Positions 9,526 through 19,987 of a stretch of 64,000 bases of DNA are shown piece after piece. Position 1 is the first letter of the stretch. Each line of letters begins with the position of its first letter. Origin of the DNA: Nitrosopumilus sp. (GTDB lineage Archaea > Thermoproteota > Nitrososphaeria > Nitrososphaerales > Nitrosopumilaceae); contig OZ241857.1 in assembly GCA_965203315.1 (NCBI GenBank), positions 32,001 through 96,000 of the forward strand, read 5' to 3'. The notes beneath the pieces are model-generated. The model did not search any database, had not been told where the DNA came from, and worked only from the letters and a program-made list of their open reading frames with translations. The position numbers and the translations under genes are program-made.

Positions 9526-10662
9526 ATGGGTAAAGTTCTTGGCATAATTGGCGGTGGGCAGCTGGGAATGATGTTGACCGAAGCGGCTAAAAACTTTCCC
9601 GAGATATCAGAAATAGTTGTGCTCGATCCTACTCCAAACTGTCCTGCAACTCAGGTAGGTGCAAGACATCTGATTGGGGATTTTAAGAGTAAGGAACATA
9701 TCATACAACTCGCAAACCAATCAGACATAATCACATACGAGATAGAATCTGGAGATAGCGATGTGTTGGAGTTGGCGCAACAGTATGCAGAGATCAATCC
9801 CTTGCCTAGTACACTCAAAGTGATCCAAGACAAATTACTGCAAAAACAGTTTCTGCAAACACATGATATTCCGGTTCCAGACTTTGTCCAGATAGATACA
9901 CTAGAGGATCTCAGATCTGGTCTTGATAAATTTGGTTATCCTGCACTCCTAAAGATAAGACGAGATGCATATGATGGAAGAGGAAACTACAAGATCGATA
10001 CTCCTAATGATCTTGAAGTCGCATTCAACAGTTTCAATGGAAGATTGTTCCTTGAACGATTCATCAACTTTAAACTCGAGATATCGGTGATTGCAGCAAG
10101 AAATACCCTTGGTGAGATAAGTACATATCCGCCTGTTGAGAACATCCACGAGTCAAATATACTGCGCCAGACCATTGCGCCAGCAAGAATAGATGATATC
10201 ACCACACAGCGAGCAATAGATGTTGCATATGCTACGATGAGCATTCTAAAAGGCGCAGGAGTCTTTGGGATCGAGATGTTTGTCACGCAGGAAGATTCTA
10301 TTCTGATAAACGAGATCGCGCCACGAGTTCACAACTCTGGACACCACTCACTACAATCGAGTCTCACATCACAATTCGAACAACATTTACGTGCTATACT
10401 CGGTAAGAATCTCGGTAGTACAAAGCTAATTCATAACACTATAATGTATAATATTCTAGGATCGCACGAGTTTCAGGGTCGGTACAAACCGCCGGTAATA
10501 TCAACACCGAACATATTTCTAAAGATGTATGGTAAAGAGATATCAAAGCCGATGCGCAAGCTCGGACATTTGAATATTGTAGGGACCAACGGCGAGACGA
10601 TCGATGACTTGTTGAAGGTAATGGATAAGATCAAAACAGAGGCACTAGTTCACCCTGTCTGA
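9526..10662 (+). CDS. purK: N5-CAIR synthetase PurK
   Basis: GIIGGGQLGMM, YDGRGN, NEIAPRVHNSGH, RKLGH. Confidence 0.96.
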   Translation: MGKVLGIIGGGQLGMMLTEAAKNFPEISEIVVLDPTPNCPATQVGARHLIGDFKSKEHIIQLANQSDIITYEIESGDSDVLELAQQYAEINPLPSTLKVIQDKLLQKQFLQTHDIPVPDFVQIDTLEDLRSGLDKFGYPALLKIRRDAYDGRGNYKIDTPNDLEVAFNSFNGRLFLERFINFKLEISVIAARNTLGEISTYPPVENIHESNILRQTIAPARIDDITTQRAIDVAYATMSILKGAGVFGIEMFVTQEDSILINEIAPRVHNSGHHSLQSSLTSQFEQHLRAILGKNLGSTKLIHNTIMYNILGSHEFQGRYKPPVISTPNIFLKMYGKEISKPMRKLGHLNIVGTNGETIDDLLKVMDKIKTEALVHPV

Positions 10663-10696
10663 TTAGGTTTATTATGTATGATGCGAGATATTGTTC

Positions 10697-11074
10697 ATGG
10701 CACTAATTGTATCACTAATTTTGGTTGGAATCTCTATAGTACTGTTAGCTATATACGGTGCGGACGTCGCAGTCGGCATCTCTAATGATGGTGAAGGTTT
10801 TATTCCGTTTGATCACAGAACGCGCGGTCTAGGGCTGGGTCTTCCTGCTCTCATTCTTCCATTTATTGCGTTCTTTATATCTAGGAGTGAGCCATCTAAG
10901 GGGCTAGGCATAATGATCATTATTGCTGGAGCATTGATCGTCATTGGCGGTATAGCTGTTATTGGGAATGCTGATCCCGACTCGGAGCGAAATGTATTTG
11001 CCGAATCAGTACCACTAGTAGTTGCAGGTGCCATACAGATCGGCCTCGGTGGCTACAAGATTCGTTCATCATAA
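10697..11074 (+). CDS. Four-TM hypothetical membrane protein
   Basis: Four hydrophobic segments. Confidence 0.75.
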   Translation: MALIVSLILVGISIVLLAIYGADVAVGISNDGEGFIPFDHRTRGLGLGLPALILPFIAFFISRSEPSKGLGIMIIIAGALIVIGGIAVIGNADPDSERNVFAESVPLVVAGAIQIGLGGYKIRSS

Positions 11075-11076
11075 TC

Positions 11077-11199
11077 ATGGCTATCTGCGCAAAGTGCCAA
11101 AGTGATGTTAAACGAGTATATGACTGCGAACACACCGACTATAAAGAATACTGTGTAGAGTGTTACACCGAACTACACTATCATCTCACAAATACATGA
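11077..11199 (+). CDS. 40-aa putative zinc-finger microprotein (not in ORF track)
   Basis: MAICAKCQSDVKRVYDCEHTDYKEYCVECYTELHYHLTNT with CxxC, CxH, CxxC; starts 2 nt after the upstream stop. Confidence 0.7.
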   Translation: MAICAKCQSDVKRVYDCEHTDYKEYCVECYTELHYHLTNT

Positions 11200-11585
11200 T
11201 TATATCTACAGATATGTGGAATTTTACATTCACCGATAGATTCTCCTTGTCAAGAGTGGAATTAAGGAATCTCAATAAATTCCAAAAGGTGATTCATGCA
11301 TTGTACATTGCATGCTGTGTATTGTGTAGAGTACTCGGTACTCTAGAATATTATGGTGTGTTATGTGTGGCAAAATGTTTGACCTGATTGTTGGCAGAGA
11401 TTCATGTCTAACCGTGACAAACACTAGATAAACTCCACGAGACAGATTGTCTGTGTACCCGTACGTGTAGACTAGACGATATGCACATGCTGCTAATGTT
11501 GTCCAAAAACGAATTACAAAGACGCTTGACATTACTACATACCTGGCAATCAATTTACATATATCGTATACAAAGATGAATGTGA

Positions 11586-12251
11586 TTGGACGTAATAATT
11601 CTTGCAGGTGGTCAAGGTAAGCGACTTCGACCACTGACCGATTATATCCCAAAACCACTAATTCCAATAAACAATATCCCGATAATCGACTGGCAGATCC
11701 GTTATCTGTCACAGTTTGGCGTAAAACATGTGATCATATCTACCGGATTCAAGTCTGAGATGATACACCATTATCTTGAGACGAGAGATTTAGATATCGA
11801 GATCACACTATGTGCAGAACCTAGTCCCTTTGGAACTGGGGGTGCAATCAAGTTTGCAGCACAGTACATTGGCGAACAATCTGTATTCGTGATGAATGGC
11901 GATATCATAACCGATCTAGATATGCAACAACTTGGACCAGACTCTATTGCTGCTGTACCTCTACGTACAAAGTTTGGCATCTTGGATATTACAGACTCGC
12001 ACGTTGTTGCGTTTCATGAAAAACAAGTTTTGTACGATACATGGATGAATGCAGGCATATACCACTTGACCGAAGAGTTGATATCTGAACTACCCGACAA
12101 GGGCAACATTGAGGATACTATATTCCCAAAATACGCAAGTGAGAAGAGGCTACATGTTGTACAGTATGGGGATGCAAGGTGGCACTCGATCGACTCTATC
12201 AAAGACATCGAAACAGTCTCGACCGAGATCGACTCTATCATCGAGTACTAG
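11586..12251 (+). CDS. Sugar-1-phosphate nucleotidyltransferase family protein
   Basis: ILAGGQGKRLRPLT..IPKPL, E..PFGTGGA, NGD, NAGIY. Confidence 0.93.
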   Translation: MDVIILAGGQGKRLRPLTDYIPKPLIPINNIPIIDWQIRYLSQFGVKHVIISTGFKSEMIHHYLETRDLDIEITLCAEPSPFGTGGAIKFAAQYIGEQSVFVMNGDIITDLDMQQLGPDSIAAVPLRTKFGILDITDSHVVAFHEKQVLYDTWMNAGIYHLTEELISELPDKGNIEDTIFPKYASEKRLHVVQYGDARWHSIDSIKDIETVSTEIDSIIEY

Positions 12252-12367
12252 GCACCTGTGCGATGGAGCGTAACCATCATGTAAGCAACCTCGTCCAAGA
12301 ACAAATCATCTTGAACAGTAGATACATACTTTGTTACATCGCTCCAAAAACTCGTCTTGTTTTGCAT
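12248..12367 (-). CDS. Possible 39-aa small protein
   Basis: MQNKTSFWSDVTKYVSTVQDDLFLDEVAYMMVTLHRTGA fills an otherwise empty gap; stop overlaps the convergent gene's stop. Confidence 0.35.
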   Translation of the reverse strand: MQNKTSFWSDVTKYVSTVQDDLFLDEVAYMMVTLHRTGA

Positions 12368-12462
12368 CTGTATAATTTACAGATCAAACTCATAACTACT
12401 ATAACATCAATCAATCTTTACCTATTGCTAAAACTGATAAACCAAATATTTGCACTATTGGT

Positions 12463-13431
12463 ATGCGCGTTGGCTGTAGTTTGGGTTCACTTTTGTCTAT
12501 ATCTGATATTCTGAGGTGTGCTCGATATCTCTCCAAGACTAGTGTCGATACCGTGTGGATTCCAGAGACGTGGGGTATGGAGTCCTTTTCGATCTTGAGC
12601 GCTGTGGCAGATCTATTGCCACAAAATATGGGTACATCAATAGTGAACATCTACTCTCGTAGCCCATCTCTGATCGCAATGGCGTCGGCCACTGTAGATA
12701 CAATATCGAATGGTCGACTAGTATTGGGACTAGGTACGAGTAGCCTCCCTATTGTACAAGACTTTCATGGAATGCGATTTGAGCGACCTGTACTAAGAAT
12801 GAGAGAGTACGTCGAGATAATTCGTCTATTATTACAAGGTGGCAAGATCAACTATTCTGGCACGATGTTCACGTTACAAAACTTTGAACTGCTTGTCAAA
12901 TCACCACGAGATAAAATCCCAATATATCTCGCTGCCATAAATAGCAAGATGATCGATCTGACGTGGGAGATTGCAGATGGCACTATACTGTATCTACGAC
13001 CTAAACATGAGATGAGATCTATGATCAAGACACAACAATCACGACGTGAGATAGATGTGACATGTCAGATCATAACATCGGTCTCCAATGACTCTGACAT
13101 GGCAGACACTCGTGCAAAGAAGACACTTGCATTTTATATCGCAGTGGGAGAGATATATCGAAGATTTCTAGCAGATAACGGATACAGAAATGTATGTGAT
13201 TCTGTCTATTCACAATACAAAGAGTCTGGCTTGAAATACATACACGAATTAATTCCGGATGGCATGTTAAACGATCTATGTATATCTGGTACACCTACAA
13301 CATGTAGGGAGAGACTAGCAAGCTTTGCAGATACAGGTATAGACATGCCGATACTACAGTTTAATCCTGTAGATAACACTCACGAGTCGTTTGATCTATT
13401 CTGTTCTACATTTCTGGAGTGCAAGGCATGA
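12463..13431 (+). CDS. LLM-class (luciferase-like, probably F420-dependent) oxidoreductase
   Basis: VWIPETWG, GTSIVNIYSRSP, SNGRLVLGLG, IPIYLAA. Confidence 0.9.
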   Translation: MRVGCSLGSLLSISDILRCARYLSKTSVDTVWIPETWGMESFSILSAVADLLPQNMGTSIVNIYSRSPSLIAMASATVDTISNGRLVLGLGTSSLPIVQDFHGMRFERPVLRMREYVEIIRLLLQGGKINYSGTMFTLQNFELLVKSPRDKIPIYLAAINSKMIDLTWEIADGTILYLRPKHEMRSMIKTQQSRREIDVTCQIITSVSNDSDMADTRAKKTLAFYIAVGEIYRRFLADNGYRNVCDSVYSQYKESGLKYIHELIPDGMLNDLCISGTPTTCRERLASFADTGIDMPILQFNPVDNTHESFDLFCSTFLECKA

Positions 13432-14531
13432 GGGTAGGCATCGTCTCATATGGCATGACAAAGTTCTCACAACGCGATCAAGATATAGAACTAGTGATAC
13501 TCGAGTCGATACGAGATCTATTGGAGTCAAACTCGTCTATAGACAGAAGAGAGATAGATGCAGTACTGGTATCTACAAACAGCAATGAAAAGTATCTTGC
13601 AGCTGTATCTTCTGAGATGATCGGTATCGCACCCAAGATATCTCATACTGTTGAGAGTCTATGCAACTCTGGCACAAATGCTATCTCTACAGGGTACTCG
13701 TATATTGCAGCAGGTTTGGCTGATCTGGTTCTAGTATGTGGTGCTGAGAGATACGATAGTCCTGGTCAAGTACTGACGTGGGACAAAGCGAGAGGTGAGT
13801 TTATGCATCCGATCTTTTGGGCATCCCTCTTCACACAAGCATATACATCAAAGTACCAGATAAAGCCAGAACAACTCGCACTGGTCGCGGTCAAGAACAA
13901 TCATCAAGCAAAGTATAATCCATATGCATTTGATCCGAGATCTCTGGATGTTGATGATGTTCTTGGTTCTAGGCAGTTAACACAAGATCTACGCCTATAC
14001 GAGTGTTCTAGACCTTGTACTGGTAGCGCTACTATACTCTTGGCTGCAGAGTCGATTGCACACAAGATATCTGATGATATCACGTGGATAACCGGAATAG
14101 GACAAAAGACCATCTCTGGCGGATTCACAAAAAATGAATCACTGACCTGTATAGAATCAACTAGGATTGCGGGTCAATCTGCATTAGCGATGGCGGGACA
14201 CACAATTGACAAAGTAGACGTTGCAGAGATACATGACGCATTTGCTGTATGCGAGCCTATGATACTGGAGTCATTGGGATTTGCTACGGCTGGACACGGT
14301 GTGTCTCTGGTTGACGAGTTGTACAGCACCCAAGACTTTAAGATAAATCCTCGAGGCGGACTTTTAGGCTCAGGTCATCCACTCGGCGCAACAGGTATTG
14401 CACAGACGATCGAGATTGCGACACAACTCGGATCCAAAGCAGGTAAACGACAGATAGATGCAGAGATCGGTCTAGTTCAAAACATGGCAGCTGCAGCAAC
14501 ATCATCTACAGTGCTGGTGTTGGAGCGATGA
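13428..14531 (+). CDS. Archaeal thiolase family protein
   Basis: VESLCNSG catalytic Cys, AEIHDAF, NPRGGLLGSGHPLGATG. Confidence 0.92.
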   Translation: MRVGIVSYGMTKFSQRDQDIELVILESIRDLLESNSSIDRREIDAVLVSTNSNEKYLAAVSSEMIGIAPKISHTVESLCNSGTNAISTGYSYIAAGLADLVLVCGAERYDSPGQVLTWDKARGEFMHPIFWASLFTQAYTSKYQIKPEQLALVAVKNNHQAKYNPYAFDPRSLDVDDVLGSRQLTQDLRLYECSRPCTGSATILLAAESIAHKISDDITWITGIGQKTISGGFTKNESLTCIESTRIAGQSALAMAGHTIDKVDVAEIHDAFAVCEPMILESLGFATAGHGVSLVDELYSTQDFKINPRGGLLGSGHPLGATGIAQTIEIATQLGSKAGKRQIDAEIGLVQNMAAAATSSTVLVLER

Positions 14532-14836
14532 GCTTTGAATCTGATCTCACAAAGGGAGTATTTTCTATTCCTAGGTGCGCATCCTGCAACAAAGTTTCAT
14601 GGCCACCTGCTCAATTCTGTAGTCTCTGTTTTGGAGAGATCAAATTACAACAAGGACAATTTAGTGGCAAGATACTAGCATACTCGCGCAAAGATGATGA
14701 ATACTTTTGTATGGTTGAGATAGAGCCGGGAATGACGTTGTTGGCCAAGGCACTTAATCCTCCCAAGGTCGGACAAATTGTAAAGATAGTGAACTGTGGT
14801 ATCAAGAACCATGGTTACTTTTTTGATGTGATCTGA
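14528..14836 (+). CDS. DUF35-type Zn-ribbon/OB-fold thiolase partner
   Basis: CASC...WPP...CSLC followed by OB-like strands; ATGA-coupled to the thiolase. Confidence 0.85.
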   Translation: MSFESDLTKGVFSIPRCASCNKVSWPPAQFCSLCFGEIKLQQGQFSGKILAYSRKDDEYFCMVEIEPGMTLLAKALNPPKVGQIVKIVNCGIKNHGYFFDVI

Positions 14837-15638
14837 ATCTAGTATAAATAAAAGGCGTGTTGTGTATCTGATCAAATGTCCAAACTGTGGGCAAGCTCAA
14901 TACAGATTGTATCTCTAGATCATGTTTTGTAATCAATGGACTCCATCCCCCATCTCTGTTGTTTGCTGATAAGGCTCTCTTGGATATCGTTCCCGCAAAT
15001 ACGATTCCGGTGTCTTGCATTCTCTCGCGTATCTTTGATATAAGATCAGATGCCAACACATCTCCACCCATTTGAGGTAGTCCACCAACAAAGAATATTG
15101 GTCTCTTTAGATCTAGATTATAATCAAACGTTAATGCGTCAGCACATATTGCCCCAAAGTCTAGCTTTGTTGCTTTGGATATTGTATTCTGTAGTTCAAC
15201 TAGTCCCTCATCGATCTCTATGCTGTACGATCTAAGTCCCAACACACTTGCACAGAATGATATTCGACCGTCGCCTGAACCTACATCAACTAGTTCAGCA
15301 TATCCGAGTGATCTGGCAAGGCTTGCCATCAAGTATGCTGATACTATCCATGTCGGATAAAATGGTTGACAACTAGATCCGTGCTTTATACTGTCTAGCC
15401 AGTACTGATTGATATCGCCTTCGTATACAGTACACTCTACATCTGCAAACTTTTCTTGATAGTGGTTGTAGTATATCGGATTACTCTGTGCAAAAGCGTG
15501 TAGATATTCTAGATATGTGTGATCTATCTGAGGGTCTAGAGATAAAGGTATGATCTCTTGAATGTGCGCACGTCCTGTGTACCGCCTGGCAAACTCTTCT
15601 TTGATCTTGCATAGCGTATATGCTGCATCACATATCAT
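14802..15638 (-). CDS. Class I SAM-dependent methyltransferase-like protein
   Basis: LVDVGSGDGR motif I, SIEID, CADAL. Confidence 0.78.
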   Translation of the reverse strand: MICDAAYTLCKIKEEFARRYTGRAHIQEIIPLSLDPQIDHTYLEYLHAFAQSNPIYYNHYQEKFADVECTVYEGDINQYWLDSIKHGSSCQPFYPTWIVSAYLMASLARSLGYAELVDVGSGDGRISFCASVLGLRSYSIEIDEGLVELQNTISKATKLDFGAICADALTFDYNLDLKRPIFFVGGLPQMGGDVLASDLISKIRERMQDTGIVFAGTISKRALSANNRDGGWSPLITKHDLEIQSVLSLPTVWTFDQIHNTPFIYTRFRSHQKSNHGS

Positions 15639-15868
15639 ATATGAGTAGATTCGATGTGGTTTGATAAATGATTGTCATGGTATGTGTTTTGAGATGATAT
15701 CTTGTTGATCGATCAAGAGTTTGCATGAAACAGTATCTGACAAGTTGTTTTACACTCTGAATCACTTGGGTATGATTTATGCAGGATTCTCTACAAATCA
15801 TCATAAATGTGGATGGGTTATTACGTAATAACCCCCATCTTATATACTCTAAATTAAATACATTAGAG

Positions 15869-16480
15869 ATGAGTCAAATCGATCAGATAGGTGCCATTCA
15901 AATATCAAAAACCATGCCTCCATCTAGTGATACAAAGTTGAGATATATCTCATATTCTACACAACACAAGACACCTGTAGATATCTCTGTGGCAAATAGA
16001 CATTCTGCTCGTACTAGTCGGCAACGTGGATATGGGTGGGAAGACACTATTGTAAAACGATTCAATGCACTACGATATTGGCATGCTTTTAGACTAGGTT
16101 CTCCTAGTGTTGGATTGCCAGACGTGTTGGCAATCAACCGTAAAATTCATACTCTATATACCATTGAAGCCAAGTCTGGTACTGGAACAACATTATCTGT
16201 ACCATATGATCAGATCGATCGTTGTCTTTTATGGGCAAAGACATTTGATCTATACGATGCTCATGTCTTACTTGCATTCAAGTTTTTATCAAAGAAGCGA
16301 GTGGGCGGTGGCAGATATACGCATAGACCATTACATGAGTTCTTTAAAGCTTGGCCTAAATCTAAAAAAGCAACTGATTGTATCTGTAGCTATGATGGAA
16401 CTCTATATACTAATGTTGGCGGTCACCGTAGAGAGATCATGGCTGAGGATGCTGTGTTGCCCTTTAAGATAAGACACTAG
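15869..16480 (+). CDS. Hjc-like PD-(D/E)XK nuclease (Holliday junction resolvase family)
   Basis: GYGWEDTIVKRF, LPDVLA, TIEAKS motifs; start uncertain (frame open from 15779). Confidence 0.78.
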   Translation: MSQIDQIGAIQISKTMPPSSDTKLRYISYSTQHKTPVDISVANRHSARTSRQRGYGWEDTIVKRFNALRYWHAFRLGSPSVGLPDVLAINRKIHTLYTIEAKSGTGTTLSVPYDQIDRCLLWAKTFDLYDAHVLLAFKFLSKKRVGGGRYTHRPLHEFFKAWPKSKKATDCICSYDGTLYTNVGGHRREIMAEDAVLPFKIRH

Positions 16481-16599
16481 TGGACATGCGTCTACATATC
16501 GTGCATACGGTAATCACAATTGGTGGATATTATATGTGCAAATAATCTATGTGGCACATATTACAAACTGATTTATACTGTACAGTGTATTATCTGTGT

Positions 16600-16710
16600 A
16601 TGGTTGAAAGCGAAGAACTATCAGAAGAGAAGAGAAAGTTCCTGATCGAGTCAGTGGAAGAATGCCTTAGAGACTATAAGGAGATCTTTGATGAATTGGA
16701 CAAGGTCTGA
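16600..16710 (+). CDS. 36-aa acidic putative antitoxin 1 (not in ORF track)
   Basis: MVESEELSEEKRKFLIESVEECLRDYKEIFDELDKV; TGATG overlap with Doc gene; paralog at 17525. Confidence 0.8.
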   Translation: MVESEELSEEKRKFLIESVEECLRDYKEIFDELDKV

Positions 16711-17132
16711 TGTCTAGTATAACCATAAAAGAAATCATTTCAATACACTCGCGAATTGCAAAAGAGTATGGTATTTCTACAGCCATCTTGAATAGAGGAT
16801 CACTCGAATCTATCGCTAGTAAACCAGATTTGCATATTCGTGACAAGGCTGTCTATGATGATATCTTTAAAAAAGCAGCATGTTTGATAGAAGGTATACT
16901 TAGATTGCATCCGTTTGTAGATGGAAACAAAAGAACAGGTTTTGCCAGTGCGTACTATTTTTTAGAAGAGCATGGATATCTTCTCACACTCACGCCAGAT
17001 ACTACACCGTATGCTGTAGATATAGCTCGAAATCTCGATACTGAACCATCTGCAACTGAAACACTGATCTCGGATATTGCAACATGGTTAGAGGCTCGTT
17101 CTAAAAAGATGGAAGAGTTCTTAAATTCTTAG
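16710..17132 (+). CDS. doc: Fic/Doc family toxin 1 (Doc-type)
   Basis: HPFVDGNKRTG motif; DIFKKAA. Confidence 0.92.
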   Translation: MSSITIKEIISIHSRIAKEYGISTAILNRGSLESIASKPDLHIRDKAVYDDIFKKAACLIEGILRLHPFVDGNKRTGFASAYYFLEEHGYLLTLTPDTTPYAVDIARNLDTEPSATETLISDIATWLEARSKKMEEFLNS

Positions 17133-17335
17133 ATGATCCTGTGTGGGCAGTGATGAAAATGTTGGTGGCTTTGTAATGTGCTGTCATGCTTAGACACGAT
17201 CAAGCTTGTCCTTAGAATTAGATGTGGGGTTGTCGCTAACATGTTGTACGTTAGTTTTATGGAGTCATAATGCCGTATACGTGCACTCGTTTTGTTTTAC
17301 TGTTCATATGTGCCATATCTCTTTTCTGTTGCGTC

Positions 17336-17450
17336 TGATCTTTTCGGTTTACGTGGGACTAACGGTTACAGAAAAATCACGGCAAGATTTTATATGGAAG
17401 GATTGGAAAAAGCCTTACGAAATACCATCCCACGTAAACTGAAAATGTCC
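17336..17450 (+). mobile_element. MITE family B copy 2
   Basis: TIR TTTTCGGTTTACGTGGGA / TCCCACGTAAACTGAAAA. Confidence 0.7.
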
Positions 17451-17524
17451 GTACGGCGCTATATATGATCGCATATCTGATGCTTAACCAAATCTATTTA
17501 TGCTAGTAAGTACTTAATATCTAT

Positions 17525-17635
17525 ATGGTCGAAAATGAAGAACTATCCGAAGAGACAAAAGAGTTTGTAATCCGATCTGTGAAAAAAACCCTTGAAGAAT
17601 ATAAAGAGATCTTTGATGAACTGGACAAGGTCTAA
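17525..17635 (+). CDS. 36-aa acidic putative antitoxin 2 (not in ORF track)
   Basis: MVENEELSEETKEFVIRSVKKTLEEYKEIFDELDKV; TAATG overlap with the second Doc gene. Confidence 0.8.
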   Translation: MVENEELSEETKEFVIRSVKKTLEEYKEIFDELDKV

Positions 17636-18042
17636 TGCCTAACATAACTGTTGAATATATTATTTTGGCACAATCCGAGATCGCAAACCAGTATGATATA
17701 CCAACAACTATCATAAACCGAGGAGCGCTTGAATCTATAGCAGAAAAGCCAAATTCAAATTTCTACGGCAAAGCCATATATGATGATATCTTTAAAAAAG
17801 CAGCATGTTTGATTGAAGGCATCATTAGATTTCATCCATTTATTGATGGGAATAAAAGAACTGCATTTGCAGTTGCTTGTTCTTTTTTAGATAGCTGTGG
17901 ATACACTCTCACACTCACACCGGATACTACACAGTATGCTGTAGATATAGCTCAAAATCTCGATACTGAACCATCTGCAACTGAAACACTGATCTCTGAT
18001 ATTGCAACATGGTTAGAGGCTCGTTCTAAAAAGATGGAATAA
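17635..18042 (+). CDS. doc: Fic/Doc family toxin 2 (Doc-type)
   Basis: HPFIDGNKRTA motif; paralog of 16710-17132. Confidence 0.92.
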   Translation: MPNITVEYIILAQSEIANQYDIPTTIINRGALESIAEKPNSNFYGKAIYDDIFKKAACLIEGIIRFHPFIDGNKRTAFAVACSFLDSCGYTLTLTPDTTQYAVDIAQNLDTEPSATETLISDIATWLEARSKKME

Positions 18043-18603
18043 AGTTCTTGTTCTTTGATTGTATGTTTGTCACCATCTCATATCATATGAGATCTATGCT
18101 TGTCAATTGTTCTGCCATTTAAGTCGTCATATTTGATCGTAATGGTTACAAACGATCATAAATGTTGATTCTAGTATCTATCTGGTCGACACATACAATC
18201 ACTTGTTTTGTGTTTAGCATATTTCGTGTTGGAACAAAAGTATGGTAATTCAATCACGTGCCTGCAACGTATGCAGTAAATAATCACTGTCTACAAAACA
18301 CAACTCGAATCACAATTGTTCAAAATCATCTATAATCTATTCGACTCGTGTAAAACAATCAATAAAAAAGTACAGAATGTTTAGACGTACACTATCAATA
18401 ACGTTACGAGTTCATCTTTTTCTACATTGCTGACACAATTATGATCTAGTGGCTTTCATTATGTGTGCCACTAGCCGAGACTTGCATTCTCGCAAACCAT
18501 CGTACTAATTATTATCTTGATTATTGTAAACATATTCTGTATCGGTGCCAAGGCTAGACTAGAATCTAAAATCCTTTAATATGGTCATGGTGTATATGAT
18601 ATT

Positions 18604-19044
18604 ATGGACAAAGACAGTGATATCTCTGAAGTATCTTCAGAGTCTCTACTCGAGTCCGTCTCTGACGCTGAGGTAAATTCTAGGATAAGTTTTGAGGCAT
18701 TTACAGACGAACGTACACTAATCAGTCATGACGCCTTTGGCAAAAAACAGATGAAGATCAAGGTCTTGGAGGTGTCTGATGAGATACCTCCTGTAAAGTG
18801 GAAGTTTGGTGATCGAGTCAAAGTCACAAAGATTCTTGTAACTATAAAGCATCTGACAACACAGGAGGTCGAGGAAGGCGAGTTTGATATTGAAGCGATA
18901 GAACGTGAACTGCAAGAGACGCGCCATTACACATCAACCAATAGGTGGATTCCAGCAAGCGATATCAAAAATGGTTATGTTGTAGGCTCCAAGCATACGC
19001 GCCTGATCAGTGATGCATCTGCTCTCGATTACATTGTATTTTGA
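18604..19044 (+). CDS. Hypothetical protein
   Basis: 146-aa ORF preceded by TATA-like TTTAATA. Confidence 0.75.
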   Translation: MDKDSDISEVSSESLLESVSDAEVNSRISFEAFTDERTLISHDAFGKKQMKIKVLEVSDEIPPVKWKFGDRVKVTKILVTIKHLTTQEVEEGEFDIEAIERELQETRHYTSTNRWIPASDIKNGYVVGSKHTRLISDASALDYIVF

Positions 19045-19494
19045 GATTACTATTCCTATTTTAGACATCTCTAGTGCGTTTAGCATCAATCTTTACAAGT
19101 ATCTATTTCGATTAATTGAAAGTTTAGAATTTGTGACTGTATCGCAATCATCTACTCAAATCTAGTTTGGTGCTTGTTTATCAGAATATCTGGTTCTGTT
19201 CATTTAACTGGGGATTGGCATTTTCTGCTCAAAATTCTCGAAACTTTGCAAAATATGGAAACTATCTCATATCGGTTATCGTAAATTGCTGTTGTTTTGA
19301 GTATCATATTGTACGTTCTTTGAGATAATGTCATCACGAACTCAACTCCTGTCAATTGAACCGAACCCAATTTGTAGACGTGACTGAGAATTGATATGCA
19401 TATTTCAAATACTATGTGACCACAACCGACTAGATGATACGATCTATACGGTAATGTCTGTAAAACGTTATAAACCAAAGAATTTGAGAATTGT

Positions 19495-19812
19495 GTGTTG
19501 AGTTCAAAGGAATTTCAAGTGAATGGAATCGATTACAAACTAGTTCTGACAGATCATATAGTGGGTCAGATAAAGAACCTCAAAAACCTGTACAACGTAG
19601 CATATGAGGATCCAGAGAGTTTTGAGGATATTAGTGCCGAGATCTCTAGTATCATAAACGATGTCGCCAGTGAGATCGAGCCGTCTGCACGAGACAATGA
19701 TCTAGATGGTCTGATCCAGGCGATAATACAAGTAGTTGACAGTAAAACCGAAGCAATTGAGAAAGAGATGCAAGATAGTGAAAAGCAGTCTCGTCGTAAG
19801 ACAAAACGATGA
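19495..19812 (+). CDS. Hypothetical protein
   Basis: 105-aa acidic helical ORF. Confidence 0.72.
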   Translation: MLSSKEFQVNGIDYKLVLTDHIVGQIKNLKNLYNVAYEDPESFEDISAEISSIINDVASEIEPSARDNDLDGLIQAIIQVVDSKTEAIEKEMQDSEKQSRRKTKR

Positions 19813-19867
19813 TCCTGAGATTTAGATATTGAGAATACATTATATTCAAATGTCATCTAGTATACTC

Positions 19868-19987
19868 ATGCCTAGTTGCGAATGTGGAATATGTGGTCAT
19901 CATAACGAATCTGAGTGTATCAAACTTGAATGCAAGTGTTGTATAAACTTCCATCTCCGCTCAGGTCCCAAATCTACTCAGACTTGA
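19868..19987 (+). CDS. 39-aa Cys/His-rich microprotein (not in ORF track)
   Basis: MPSCECGICGHHNESECIKLECKCCINFHLRSGPKSTQT; 7 Cys, 3 His. Confidence 0.6.
   Translation: MPSCECGICGHHNESECIKLECKCCINFHLRSGPKSTQT

Noticed and set aside
11272-11712. 146-aa minus-strand ORF and similar short antisense ORFs in the track
   Set aside because: They overlap well-supported genes on the other strand and show no motifs
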